DNA of 64,000 bases from Malacoraja senta (lineage: Eukaryota), in the NCBI GenBank assembly GCA_038087875.1, contig JAXLNO010000264.1, positions 1 through 64,000 of the forward strand. The letters are read 5' to 3'. Under the pieces are notes generated by a model that searched no databases, was not told the DNA's origin, and saw only the letters and a list, made by a program, of their open reading frames with translations. Positions within the stretch are counted from its first letter, which is position 1. Every line of letters starts with the position of its first letter. Of this stretch, positions 11,400 to 25,175 are shown piece by piece. A program made the position numbers and the translations under genes.

Positions 11400-12540
11400 C
11401 TGCTCAGCTCCACACCACATTCAAAGTCTTGGTCCAAACTTAGATCAAAAAGCTTATTCTGAAGGTGAGGTGAAAGTGACTGCCCTAATCATTTAACTGA
11501 GTGTGGCATCGAGCCCTGGTGAAATTGGCTATTAGATGGGCAGCAAAAGGAAACACTCCAGAGGTTGGCATGATATCTCCACCAAAGAAAGTTTATTGTG
11601 ACTGCTGGAGGTCATTGATCCCAACCCCAGGTGGTACAGCAGGAGTTCCTGGAGCAGAGTCTTCATTCAAACCATCCTCAGCTGCTTTATCAATGACCTT
11701 CCTTCCATCATGAGGTCAGATGTTTTCTGATACTTGCTCAATGTTCATTTCTTATTCATAACCATCAGCAATTGAAAAGGGCCATGAGGCCATGAGCAAC
11801 AAGATTAAACAAAATGTGGGCTGATACACGGGAAGTAACATTTGTGCCACATAAATGACAGGCATCGAGCATTTCCAATGAGAGAGAGTCTAACCATTTA
11901 CTCTTGACATTAACTGGCATTACAATTGCCAAGTCTGCTACCATCAATGTCCTGGGAGTCACCACTGGGAGTTCCAGAAACACCACTGGACCAGCACAAG
12001 AGGTTGGATGTTCTGTGCTGAGCAACTCACTCCCTGACTCCTAAAAGCTTAAGAGTGTGATGGAATACTCTCACCTAGTCCAGATGAGTGTGTTCCCAAC
12101 ACCTCTGAAGAAATTAGCACCATCCAGTACAAAGCATCCCATTTGATTGGCACTTCATCAACCACCCAAAATATTCTTTGTCTCCACCAGTGGCTTACTG
12201 TGGCTGCGGATTGCACCATCTACAAAACACACTGCGGATTGCACCATCTACAAAACACACAAAATAGCCCAGGCTATTCCGACACCGCCTCCCAAACTCA
12301 TGACTGCTACCATCTAGAATGACAAGGATGGCAATCTATGGGAATACCAGCATGTGCTGATTCACCGCCAGGTTACGTTCCATCCTGATTAGGAAATATA
12401 TCGTTGCTCTTTCAACGTAGATGGCTCTATTTCCAAGAACTCCTCCTTCAACAGCCCTGTGGGAGCTGTTCTCTGTGAGAACATATTCACAACCATTCAA
12501 AGGGGGTTTACAACCACAACCTCAGTGAAAATTGGGAATG
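11400..12540 (+). mobile_element. Ancient CR1/L2-like LINE remnant
   Basis: Degenerate RT motifs (GVP..S, FIND.P), heavily decayed; internal 28-bp duplication at about 12204-12260. Boundaries approximate. Confidence 0.55.
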
Positions 12541-13372
12541 AATAATAAATATGGTCGTGTCAGCCACACACAGATCCTCAAAATGCTTAATTACCAGTAA
12601 AGAGTGTAAAATTGTGAGCTTCATTCATTTCAGTTGGAAATTCTTGGCCTGTGAAAGGAAGTTATTTTTAAAATAATTTAAATAATTTTAATCACCTACA
12701 TCTTTGTATGCATTTTCATTAAGGTTAAAATGATTTAGAATAAGTTCATTCATTTTTAAATGTCTTTGACTAAAAGGGATAAATATATGAAAGTCAATTG
12801 CAGCTTCAACAGCATGCAAAACCAACTTTACCTTCAGTCAAGGCCATTGGGTTGTTCTTCATCTTGCTTCCTAAGGCCCAGTTGCAATTGTGTCTTCACC
12901 CACCAACTCAAGAGTATAGAATAGTAGCATGTTCATTCCTTCCCATCTGGGATGGGGAGTGTCAGTGGGGCTGGGACACAGGGTGAATTACTACATTAGA
13001 AAATCTACTTAAGGACAACTGAAAACAAATAAGCATAGTAGTCGACTGATGTAATAAATTACACGGACTTGGTACATGTACAATCTTGAGATGAGACAAT
13101 TCCTGTTTAGCAATAAATTCAGAAAATCCTGGAAATGCTCAAAATGTCAGGAAATATCCGTGAAGGAGAAACTGTTAACATTTTAAGTCCAGGACCCTTT
13201 GGGAAAGAAAGAAATACGTTAGTTTTCAGTCAGAAGGGGGAAAAGAAAAGGAATATGTGGAAGGGCGAGTCTGACTGCCTTAATGCAGTTACCAGCACGT
13301 TGAGCTTCATTGTTTGTATAACGTGTTGTAAATAGTACGACTGTTATATGTCTATTTAATTTTTTAATCAAG

Positions 13373-13579
13373 GAAGCAGATTGACGTTGCTATCAAAGTG
13401 CTGAAAAATGACAATGAAAAATCACTGAAGGATGAGCTAATGAAAGAAGCTGAATTCATGCAGAAACTGGACAACCCGTACATTGTGCGAATAATTGGAG
13501 TGTGTCAGGCAGAACATCTGATGTTGGTGATGGAGATGGCTGCAGGAGGACCACTTAACAAATTTCTGTCCGGCAAAAA
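13373..13579 (+). CDS. ZAP70: ZAP70 exon (kinase subdomains II-V)
   Basis: tcaag|G...AAAAA|gtgagt; [11 protein letters not shown]...[45 protein letters not shown]. Confidence 0.96.
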
Positions 13580-13749
13580 GTGAGTATTCCCTAATGTATG
13601 AAGTTGAGTGTTGGATCAAATTTCATTTCCATTTATTAATGCACACTTACTCCCAGGACACATCTGAATTCTCTGAAACTAGATGGGACAGCTACACATT
13701 TGGAAATCAATGCTGAAAACCTCTTCCAAGAATAATGCAAGGACAGTGA

Positions 13750-13955
13750 GCAAAACACAACATGCTAGAGGAACTCAGTGGGTCAGGCAGCATCTGTGGA
13801 GGGAATGGACACAGGATGTTTGGGGTCCAGTCTGAAGAAGGGGCCTGACCCAAAACGTCAGCTGTCCATTCCCTCCACGGATGCTTCCTGACCCACTGAG
13901 ATTCTCCAGCACTTTTGCTCAAGATTCTAGTATCTGCAGTCCCTTATGTCTCCAA
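13750..13955. mobile_element. Palindromic Penelope-type short repeat (two inverted copies)
   Basis: gaggaactcagtgggtcaggcagcatctgtggagggaatggac is mirrored by gtccattccctccacggatgcttcctgacccactgag, with a central ctgaagaaggggcctgacccaaaacgtc. Related copies lie near 1760, 8920, 22495, 23660, 24610, 25180, 33295, 45440, 45945 and 62070. Confidence 0.65.
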
Positions 13956-14327
13956 TACAAGGACAGTATTGGGAATGAACAAGCATGACTGAGCTCCCTA
14001 CGACTTGTGGGATACTGTAGAACATGTGTTTTTGCAGATGGGTAAATTCATTATTTAGATCAAGTTGACGACACTTGATTTGGAAATTTATCTTCTACAC
14101 GTTTTATTCTAGGTAAGCTTGTTTTCTGAATTGAAAAGGGTTAGGATGGTAGATTAAGAACATCAGTCTTGTTATGAGCAATGTGCAAACATCCAAGCAA
14201 TCATCTTTTGTCTCCTGATGTGGGTAGAACAAATTTTGACCAGTAAAACAACATACTGGACCTGAATGATATGTTTGCAAAAACTTAAATATATCTACTT
14301 TTCTAAATCATTTTAGAAAATCATTTT

Positions 14328-14575
14328 TTTGCACAGAGAGTGGTGAATCTGTGGAATTCTCTGCCACAGAAGGTAGTTGAGGCCAGTTCATTGGCAATAT
14401 TTAAGAGGGAGTTAGATGTGGCCCTTGTGGCTAAAGGGATCAGGGGGTATGGAGAGAAGGCAGGTACAGGATACTGAGTTGGATGATCAGCCATGATCAT
14501 ATTGAATGGCGGTGCAGGCTCGAAGGGCCGAATGGCCTACTCCTGCACCTATTTTCTATGTTTCTATGTTTCTAA
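14328..14575 (+). mobile_element. Young CR1 3' end
   Basis: Near-identical to 52350-52600; (tatgtttc)n tail. Confidence 0.9.
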
Positions 14576-14579
14576 AGCA

Positions 14580-14907
14580 AAAGTGGTGGCACAGTGGTGC
14601 AAGTTGGTAGAGCTGCTGCCTCACAGCAACAAAAATCTGGGTTTGATCCTGATCTCGAGTGCTGTCTGTGTAGAGTTTGTAAGTTTTCCCTGCAATTGCG
14701 TGGGTTTCAACCCACATCCCTAAGACATGCGGGTTTGTAAGTTAATTGGCCTCTGTAAATTGTTCTGTGTGTGTGGGGAGTAGATGAGAAAGTGGGATAA
14801 CACAATACTGGTGCGAATGGGTGATCAATGGTTGGCCTGAACTCTGGTGGGGGGGGGGGGGGGGGGGGGGTGTTAACCTGTTGTCTTTCTAGACTAAACT
14901 AAACTAA
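14580..14907 (+). mobile_element. tRNA-derived SINE (V-SINE/HE1-like)
   Basis: A/B-box-like head, ggttaattggcctctgtaaattg-type core, (ctaaa)n tail. Confidence 0.7.
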
Positions 14908-15734
14908 TCAACGTTTTTTTAAAAATACTTTTTTAATAAAAAGTTCTAAATTATTGCCATAATAAATACTTTCCCACAACACCCTCCATCCACCGTGCCT
15001 GACATGACATGGTGTTGGACAATGATCTGATTCTCTCATTGAGAAGAGTCTTTCTGAGTATTATCTCTTTTTACATTAGGAACAAATGTACATTTGACAC
15101 TGAATATTAAACCAACTTTCAATTCATGTTTTAAAACTAATAAATGAGCTAATTTCAATGGTTTACTGAAAATTAAAGCAAAGAGTGAAATGTTGGATTG
15201 CCCTTTGGTTTGATGAGTTATACATTCTGTATTTTGGAATTTCTGCTTTTATTATGACATATTTACCATGGTGTGTCTTCAACCTTAAAACTGGGTCAAT
15301 TGTTTAGCTGGTTTCAGTATTTGCTTGTTTATTTTTTCTGAAAGTCTTTGAAAATATGATTTAGCACCATCTTCAGATTCCTTTATGCTGGTGTCTGACA
15401 ATATTGCTCCATAAAATGGAAATGTCCAAACGTCAGGTCAAACTATCTTGATATATCATGAAAAAGCATAGATTGTCGTCAACCAGACCTTGTTCATCAG
15501 TTTGTAATCTACAAATAATTGAAGCAATTGCCAGGGTCGATTTTTCAAAATTAAGTTCTGCACTAAAAAACGAATTGTTCATTCTTCTACATTCTGGATA
15601 TACCTTTTCTTTATCTGTGCCTTTACAGTCGATTTTCATAGTTCGACTTCAAAATTTGTATAAAGCAGTGACTGTATGCGTCTGTCCATCTTACCGACAC
15701 TTCTAAAATGTTAAATGTTCTTGTTTTGTTTTAG

Positions 15735-16045
15735 AGTCATAGAGCATGGAAACTGGCCCTTCAGCCAATGCCCACGTCAACCAAGATGCCCCATATACAC
15801 TAATCCCACCTTCCCTCTTTTGGCCCATATCCGTCTAAACGTTTCCTATCCATGTACCTATCCAAATGTTTTTTGAATATTGTTATAGTACCTGCCTCAA
15901 CTACCCCCTCTGGCAGCTCGTTCCATATATCCACCACTGTGTTGAAAAGTTGCACCTCAGGTTCCTATTAAATCTTTCCCCTCTCAACTGAAGTGTGAGC
16001 ACTTTGGTTCTTGATTCCCCTACTCTGGGTAAAATACTCTGTGTC
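15735..16045 (-). mobile_element. CR1 3' fragment
   Basis: Reverse complement resembles 215-515. Confidence 0.75.
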
Positions 16046-16311
16046 ACATGCCATGTATGTTTACCAATCATGCTTAGCTAATGGATAACATGTGATTGAA
16101 TTAGAAGATTTATTTGTTTAGTCCTAGAGTTCAATTATAATATTAGAAGTTAAAGTGTTTCCAATGTAGATACAGTACATTGATGTAAAAACGTGTTGAT
16201 AAATGGTTAACTTTTAATTGATATACAGGTATGTATAGGCACCTGTTGTCTACAAAAGGACTGATATAAAGAATTAACAAAATAATATTTAATCTAACAC
16301 TTAATTGTTAG

Positions 16312-16602
<291 letters not shown>

Positions 16603-16903
16603 TAGCTGACAAATACTAACTGGGGAAGGTTCAAAGTGTACTTTTGTTCTGTGTGCTGTTTTCTCACAATTGGAATTTATCTGAAGAACAAGGCCATGCA
16701 ATGGTGCAATGGCACCATCAGTAGAGCTGTTGCTTCACAGCTGCAGTGACTCAGGTTTGCTCCTGACCACCACTACTGTCTGCTTGGAGTTTGCACATTC
16801 TTCCTATGCCTGCCTGCACCTTTTCAGGATTCTCTAGTTTCCGCCCACAACCCAAAGGTGTGTTGGGTTAATTGGCCACTGCAAATCACCCCTTAGTGTA
16901 GGT

Positions 16904-18027
16904 CAGGGTCTCCAAACTATGACCTGCGGGCCAGATCTGGCCAACCACAAGGTTTTATCCGGCCCGCAGCAAGCTTAACACGTTCCGTGTGGCAGGCTAT
17001 TTAGCGGTTCTGTGGTAGCGTGGGAACTTACACGTCAGTTTGCCATAGGCTATCTAGTTGAGGGTTTGTGTGCAGCTGCTGACAGGTTACTGTTAGTTGA
17101 ACGTGACTAATACCCAGGGGTGCAGTGCTGCCGGAGCTCACCGGAGCGCCGCTCCGGCACCTCTGTAAAAAAAAGCCAAAATAAACAGTGGGGAATTTTG
17201 ACAAGCGGGTGTGTGGTTGGGGTAACCTGGTTAAAAGAGGGGGAAAGGGAAGACCCAATTACTACTGCGGTTACTAGGACACAGCAGAGTCAGACCATGT
17301 GCTGTCTGCATCCAGGTTGTGGGCCTGGTGCTGAGCGGAACTCTGGTGAGGTGACGGCTCTGGCTCGCTGGTGGCATGTGGAGAGGCAGGGGTCGGCGGA
17401 GTCGTTGGTGGAGGCCCGTGGGGGGCTGGAGTAGAGATACGGGTCGGCGGCAGCAGCATCGGTGGCCCAGGGAAGAATGTGAAGGTCAGCGACAGCGGCC
17501 TGTGAGTGGGTGGGTGAGTGAGTGGGTGGGTGAGTGGGTGTGTGAGTGGTTGTGTAAATGGGTGAGTGAGTGCATGAGTGAGTGCGTGAGTGGGTGGATG
17601 AGTGAGTGGGGGGTGAGTCGGTGAGTGGTTGAGTGGGTGAGTGGGTTCAGTGAGTGAGCGGGTGGGCGAGTGAGTGAGTGAGTGAGTGAGTGGGTGAGTG
17701 AGTGAGTGCGTCAGTGGGTGGATGAGTGAGTAAGTGAGTGAGGATTGAGTGGGTGAGTGAGTGAGTGAGTGGGTGATTGAGTGTGTGTGTGTGCGCTCAT
17801 GTGCCCAGAGCTGCGGGAGAGTCAGGGGGAGTTGGTGCCGGGCCTCCACCTCCGTAAAAATACATGATTACCGTCTTTTTCTTTACTTGCTTGATAATTA
17901 TATTTCATGATAATTATATTTCATGATAAATTTATAAAACTGACATTTCTTTATTTTTTCCTACGGCCCGCAAAAATGTGCCAAATATATAATGTGGCCC
18001 TCATGCTGAAAAGTTTGGAGGCCCCTG
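16904..18027. mobile_element. hAT (Charlie-like) non-autonomous element inserted in a SINE
   Basis: TIRs CAGGGTCTCCAAACT and AGTTTGGAGGCCCCTG; perfect 8-bp TSD GTGTAGGT (16896-16903 and 18028-18035); subterminal GGCCC motifs; internal (GAGT/GGGT)n at about 17502-17780. Confidence 0.9.
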
Positions 18028-18346
18028 GTGTAGGTGAAAGGCAGAAGAATCAGAGGAAATTTGAATTTCATAGGGAAGTGAAAGGGTATGTGAATGGGAC
18101 TGATAGGAATATTCAGAGAGCCAGCATAGACTCAATGGGCTGGAAGGTCTTGTTCAGTGTGAACATGACAGTGTTTCTTCATCACATTTTTCTTCCCTCC
18201 CCTATCAGTGCTATTCTGGGGTAAAGTTCCATGGGTACTGGACATATAGTAGCCAGTTTCGCCGTATTCATATGTGATTCTCAATATTGCAACTGAGCCA
18301 GGTACACACTTCTTCAGGAGATGGTTTTGCACACCACTCTCTCTCA

Positions 18347-19470
18347 CCTTGACAGCTAGAAGGGGGCTATGTGAGGATACTGTTCATTGATTTCAGTTCA
18401 GGCTTTCAACACCATAGTCCCCACCAGACTTGCTGAGAAGCTTCTGGAACTGGGACTGAACACTCCCCTGGGTCCTGGACTTTCTCACTGCCAGGCCCCA
18501 GGTGGTCAAGATGGGGAGACATACCTCCAACCCCTCATCCTGAACACAGGATCCCCCCAGGGTTGCGTCCTCAGCCCCTACTGTACTCCCTGTACACACA
18601 TGACTGTGTGGCCAGGTTCAGCTCCAACTCCATCATCAAGTTTGCTGATGACACTGTGGTGGTGGGCCTGATCTCCGATAACGATGAGAAGGCCTACCTG
18701 GAGGAGGTGGCTGACCTGGCACTCTGGTGTCAGAACAACAGCCTCCTCTTGAATGTCACTAAAACTAAGGAGCTGATTGTGGCATTTAGAAGGGCACAAC
18801 AACCGAGGACGTATATGCCACTGGGGATAAATGGGACTACTGTGGATAGGGTGAGCAGCTTCAAATACCCGGGAGTCCAAATCACAGAGGATCTGACATG
18901 GACAACACACACTGCCGCCACTGGTGAAAAAGGCAAGGCAGCGCCTTTACCACCTCAGGCAGCTGAGGGATTTCAGAGTCTCGCTGAGGATCCTTCAATC
19001 CTTCTGCTCTGGTGCAGTTGAAAGTGATCCTGACCCCGAAACATCTCGATCTGGTTTGGCAACAGCTCTGCCCAGGACAGGAAGGCTGTGCAGAAAGTAG
19101 TGCGTTCAGCCGAACGCACCATGGGGACTACACTCCCCCCCCCCCCGCAGCACCTATACACAGGAGGTGCAGATCCAGAGCCAGCAAGATCATGAAGGGC
19201 CCCTACCAACCCAGCAACGGACTGTTCCAGCTGCTCCGGTCAGGCAAGTGCCTCCACTGTCACGCTGCGAAACAGAGAAGATGAGATGGAGTTTCTTCCC
19301 ACAGGCCATCAGGACTGTAATTACTTGTGTCTTTTTTTAAATGTAAATACTGGTTCTGTTCTGTTCTGTTCTGTTCTTCTGTTGCTTTGCACAATCCCAC
19401 AGGCATTGCCACTTTCATTTCACTGTACATCTTTTATGTGTATGTGACAAATAAACTTGACTTGACTTGA
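18347..19470 (+). mobile_element. Rex1/Babar-type LINE, 5'-truncated
   Basis: AFNTIVP..., GSPQGCVLSP, LYSLYTHDC..IIKFADDTVVVGLI; 3' (CTTGA)n tail after AATAAA. Confidence 0.85.
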
Positions 19471-20149
19471 GATGGGGTCAGTGGTTAGTGATGGAATGCG
19501 AATGTCGGAGTCAATTGTCCACTCCCTCTTGGTACAACAACAATGTATAGTCTTCAGTATATAATCAGATCTCAAGGTTCTGTTTAGAGAAGTGAATAAT
19601 AGACAGTCAGTCTTTATGGAGGAGTTAAGAGAAGTGATTGAAATTGTTTTTGGAAACAAACTTTCAGATGTTTAATGTATAAAGATTAATAGAGGCAACA
19701 TGCTTAAACCTTCCAGAAGGCTTTTGATAAGTTGTCACATTTTGGACAATTACAAATCTGCATGTGGCTTACCTGGAATATATACTGTAAATGTTAATAG
19801 TGTATAAAATAATGAACTGCAGCCTGAATTTGAAGATGTTGTGTTTGAAAATAGAATGCAAACTCCCTAGGATGAGTGATAAATTATCCAATTTGCTCAT
19901 TTTTGCCACCCAAGAATTGTGATTCTTTCAATGTTTAATTTTGTAAACTCCCATGACTAAGCCTATTAAATTATATTTGCATGCCCACTTAAAGTTCATA
20001 AGAGTTTCCTACTTTGCTAAAGGTTTGTTACTTCCCTGCTGAGTTTCTGTATAAAATGCTGAAAGCTCAGACACCCCGTATATAACAGTTAGCTGTAAAT
20101 CTGTGGACTGCAGCGTACATGTTGTCTTCGGCAGATTAGACCAATACAA

Positions 20150-22037
20150 TAGGAATGTTACAAAATTTTGAGATTAAAAAAATGAAGCCTGTAATTTATC
20201 CCATCAAATAAAGCATAAAAAGAACTTTAAATTGATACATAATTCACTTTCATATCTTCAGTATTATTGTATGGCCATTTTCATACTCAGAAATTAGCAT
20301 TTTTGTTCCCTATTGCTTTTCCATTGACTTAATACAAAAGCTGTGACCGAGGACAGTCAAAAGCCCATAACTTTCTTAAAAATTAAAAGAACTGAATCAA
20401 ATTTCAGTTATTATAGATTGAAGCATTATGAATCAAATATAAAACATCTTACTTGAAATTAAAACATATAATTAGTTAGTTACCTAATTGTAGCTAATTA
20501 CAAAATTGACCGTTGTGACGAAAATAGCAATAAACTCCCAGACTGCCTTGAAAATTCAAAAATGTGATATTCTCAAGATCAGAACTTTAATATTATTGTA
20601 TTATATGCTGTGTCCATAACAGATAGGTAAATAAATGACAATTTATAGCAACTGACCAAGTCTTTATGGAGAAGATCATTTGCTAGCTGGTACATTGGCA
20701 TATCATAATCAGTAGCATCATCATACTCCTCAGATTGTAACCAATAAGCAACTCTGTACGCCTTGTTTTACCTCAACTTTTCAATTTTGGCATTGTAAAC
20801 TACAAGTTTTTGCTCTTCAAACCACGCATGACATGCCTTTCTGCCCATTACTTTCCCATTAAGAATGTCCTGTAGATCATCACATTTGGAGTAGTCCAAA
20901 TTCGGATAATCTCTGCGAATGCTGTCTAAATCAGTATCTTTTGCTGGGCATTTGTATTGACAATTTTGCATTTCTTCTTCAGAGACATCTGTTTAAAATG
21001 TAAAGAACAAAAACACTGAACAGCATTAACAGAAACAAGTTATTATTTGCAGTTTTAGAAAAAAGGTAGAAATGATAAAGTTAAACGCTAAAACAAATGG
21101 TAAATACCCAACAAAAAATTCATATTCATCAGTTTCATCAATTCAATTAAATTCATCTAATCAATTAAATTCATCCAAATTCAATTACTAGATTCTAAAC
21201 ATCTATCAATTTCTTAAGAAAAGGCTACAAAATTTAAATAGCCTAAGTATCTAAATAAAAAACTGATCCCATTCACACAAGAATTCACAATATAACATGA
21301 TTTTTAAACCTCTGTCATGAACTTGCCAAATGGAAGGAATTTAATGTTTAATTCCCATAAATTAATCTAGAAACATCCACACTCAATATAATCAAAATTA
21401 TTATTTTTTGCACAATACATGTGACTAAAACTGTTGTGGATATTTAGTATAAAAATATTGATTATGGATAGACAATAACACAAAATATAGACGATTCAGC
21501 TGCTCTTATGACATGATTGTTCAAAAAAAAAAGAGAATTTTAATCATCTTGAGAGTGGGTGTTTCTGGAATGTGATCGATTGGAACGTTGCCGTTGCCGT
21601 AAATTTTAAGCCCATATCGGCAGACAAGACACGGCCGATTCGTATGGGGCCTAAATAACATTTTCGCATCGTAAGATTAGACTAAAGCCATCCCAAGAAG
21701 CATGATTATATGTGAAATAAACGACATACCTTTTGTTTTGTCCTGATATTGCGATCTGACATTGAAGTCGTTGAGGGCGTTAGAAGTCGTCTTTTACTTT
21801 AATCTGGTGATTAAATTGTCCAGCGATTTAAAAAAACAACCCGGGAACAGAAGTCCGATCGATTTTTCTTCATCAACTAGCAGCCCGAGGAAATCCCTCT
21901 CCGACAAGCAATACAAACCTGCATTTTAATCCCGCTTCCCCCCCCCCCCCCCCCCCACCCTCAAAGGCTCCGGAGTCGCACACACAGCCAGTGGCAGATC
22001 TGGAGCGCTGCTGAAGGTAGGTTTTGTAACATCGCTA
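20150..22037. mobile_element. Non-autonomous DNA transposon (hAT-like TAG termini) carrying a decayed coding exon
   Basis: TIR TAGGAATGTTACAAAA against TTTTGTAACATCGCTA (14/16 match); flanks AATACAA and AATACAG; minus-strand exon remnant at about 20988-20650. Superfamily uncertain. Confidence 0.7.
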
Positions 22038-23509
22038 AATACAGGAGAGGGAATAAACCAGACCCAATGATACTGCACGATTAAATCATTATTTAATCTC
22101 TCTCCTGCCATCTGAATAACGTCCTGATGAGCTATGAGGAATGGAATTGCTATTAATTTTTCACCGTCTAATGTAGAGAGACTTCCTTTCAGATTGTGCA
22201 GAGAATGGTGAATCTTTGGAGAGCAATGGAGGCTGTCATGAAGTTACTTAGAACCAGAGATTGCTAGATTTTTTGATATTAAAAGGAATAGAGAGACTGG
22301 AAGATGGTGGGGTAATGTCAATCATGACTTTGATAAATGAAGAGTGGGTCCAAAGGGCCAGGTGCCATACTCCTGCTCCTATTTCTTGTGTTCTTATGCA
22401 AGTACCAACTAAGAGCTGAATTTATAACCTGGTTGAAGAAATTCTTCTTTACATTCCTTCTAAGCCCCTTACACCTTACGTCAAATCTATAGATGTGTAG
22501 GAAGGAACTGCAGATGCTGGTTTAAACCGATGATAGACACAAAAAGCTGGAGTAACTCAGCGGGTGAGGCACTATCTCTGGAAAAAAGGAAAAGGTGATG
22601 TTTCTTCTTCAGACCTCGGATATAATACCATATAAGACCATATGGTCTGTAATGGTGAAAAGGTGACTAATGTCTACCCTATGTTTGCCCCTCATAATTG
22701 TGTACACCTCTATCAACTCTGCCCTCAGCTTTTACTGCTCCAAGGAAAACAAACCCAGCCTGTCCAGTCTCTCCTCATAACAGAGACATTCCTTCCCAGG
22801 CAACATCCAGGTGAATCTCCACTACACTCTCTGGGGAACATATTGTGTCTGACCCACTGAGTTACTTTAGCAATTTGGTAAAAGCCAGCATCTGCAGTTT
22901 CTTTTTATTACGATTTTTCAGATGTCGTTCGTCAATGCTTTATAAAGCTCTACCAAAACCAATATTGTTGATGCACAAGGCCCAGATGTCTCCACAGAAT
23001 CATTGAATAAGCTGGTCCTGGAAACAGTGTGTCTAGGAACCCATGCTTAACCATCACAATACATGGTGTTTATATATCCAGTGAGTAGAGAAATTCATAG
23101 CGTGAAACAGTGAGAAGCACCACTGCTCACTATCACTCCCTTATTAACCACACAACTTCCCTTATTGAAGCTATAACATTCCTTGTCTCTCATATCAGAA
23201 AATAAGTTAGTGATCTTTAAAGACAGCATCTGCTCCCTCATTTTATCCTGAGATTTTTAATAACCTGTGATTCCATAAGCTAGAATACTGTCCGATTCAC
23301 TCCGATTGGACTTTATCTCTGGAATTGATGCTCTACAATGTTGAGAACTACATTCTATTCTCTGTATCTTCCCCTTTTCTCTACGTGAGCTTAGCTTGAA
23401 TTGTATTTATGTATAGTATTATCTTATTTGATTGTATAGCAAGCAAAACATAGCTTTCCACTGTAGATTACTGACACTAATAAACCTAAACCTAAAACTT
23501 TTGTTCTGA

Positions 23510-23866
<357 letters not shown>

Positions 23867-24794
23867 TAAGTGACAAAGGCGAGTGAAAATGAGACAATAA
23901 GAAAGAAAAGGAGAGTCTGGGGAGGGATATGGATAGTGCATGGAGGGGACAGAGCGGGTATAAAATGAAAATTTAGGACTCAGGATTGGAGAAAAGCCTA
24001 GGGAGGAGGGGAAAGGAGCATGGTGTCAGGGGTGGGGGGGGGGGAGGGGAGGGGCAGGGGTAATAAGGGCAGAAGTAGGTGGTTGGAGAAATGCGTATGC
24101 ACTGGGGTGAGGGCCAGTAGGGGAAGGAAAGGGGGAAGGAGTGATATTAGTTGAAATTATAGAATTCAATGCACACTGTTTAATCATCAACCTCCCAGGT
24201 AGAATATGAAGTGCCCCATATAAGGTCATGCCTGTCTTTACAACCCATTTTTCTGTTTGTAGAGTGTGTTCAGGTCCTGCCGCGATGTGCTGTACTCGCT
24301 CATTTATCGTTTGTTGAAGTTTATGTGAAGATTACACTTCCTTCACAGTGGTCTTTTTTTTCAACGTGACCAACAAAAATGTGAAAACACAACCAGACCA
24401 GTCAGTACAATGCTATCCCTTGGGTGGTGCATGAGCACATACTCAACCTCCATGTTCACAGAGAGAACAAAGCAAAATGCAATGAAAAGTGAGAAATGAA
24501 ACACTGAGAAATTTTCCCCTGAATGTCTCAGGCAATTTAAACATCTCTAGAGACTACAGATGACTCAACAAATGAAGCCCTATTGTCTTGCAATATCTTT
24601 TCAAGGAAAAACAAAGTATTGGAAGAACTTAGCGGGTCAGCCATCATCTGTGGAGGGAGACGGACAGAATGCATTTCAGTCAGGGACCCTTCGACTGACC
24701 GATGTCCTATTCCCTCCATAGATGCTACTTGACCTACAAAGTTCCTCCAGCAGACACAAGGAACAACAGATGCTGGAATCTTGCATCAAATACT

Positions 24795-25175
24795 CTCTCA
24801 TTGAAACCTACCAAATAATGAAAGGCCTAAATAGAGTGGATGTAGGGAGGATGTTTCCAGTAGTGAGAAAGTCTAGGATCAAAGGACACAGCCTCAGAAT
24901 AAAAGTATATACCTTTATGATGGAGATGAGGATGAATTTCTTTAGTCAGAGGATGGTGAATCTGTGGAATTCATTGCCACAGATGGCAGTGGAGGCCAAG
25001 CATTGGATATTTTTTAAGTGGAGATTGATAGCAAGAATGTAAAAGGTTGCGGGCAAAGGCACGATAATGGGGCTGAGAGGGAAAAATTGATCAGTCATGA
25101 TCGAATGTCGGAGCAGACTCGATAGGTTGAATGGCCTAATTCTGCTCCTATGTCTAATGGTCTTATGGTCTTAAC
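24795..25175 (+). mobile_element. CR1 3' fragment nested in Penelope-type repeats
   Basis: LIETYQIMKGLNRVD...FFSQRMVNLWNSLP; tatggtct tail. Confidence 0.8.

Noticed and set aside
15300..15700. Antisense nested coding exon
   Set aside because: Only short open stretches in different frames separated by stops, with no recognisable homology.
17274..17849. 191-aa THSL/THPL-repeat ORF
   Set aside because: It is the translation of a (GAGT/GGGT)n microsatellite inside a hAT MITE.
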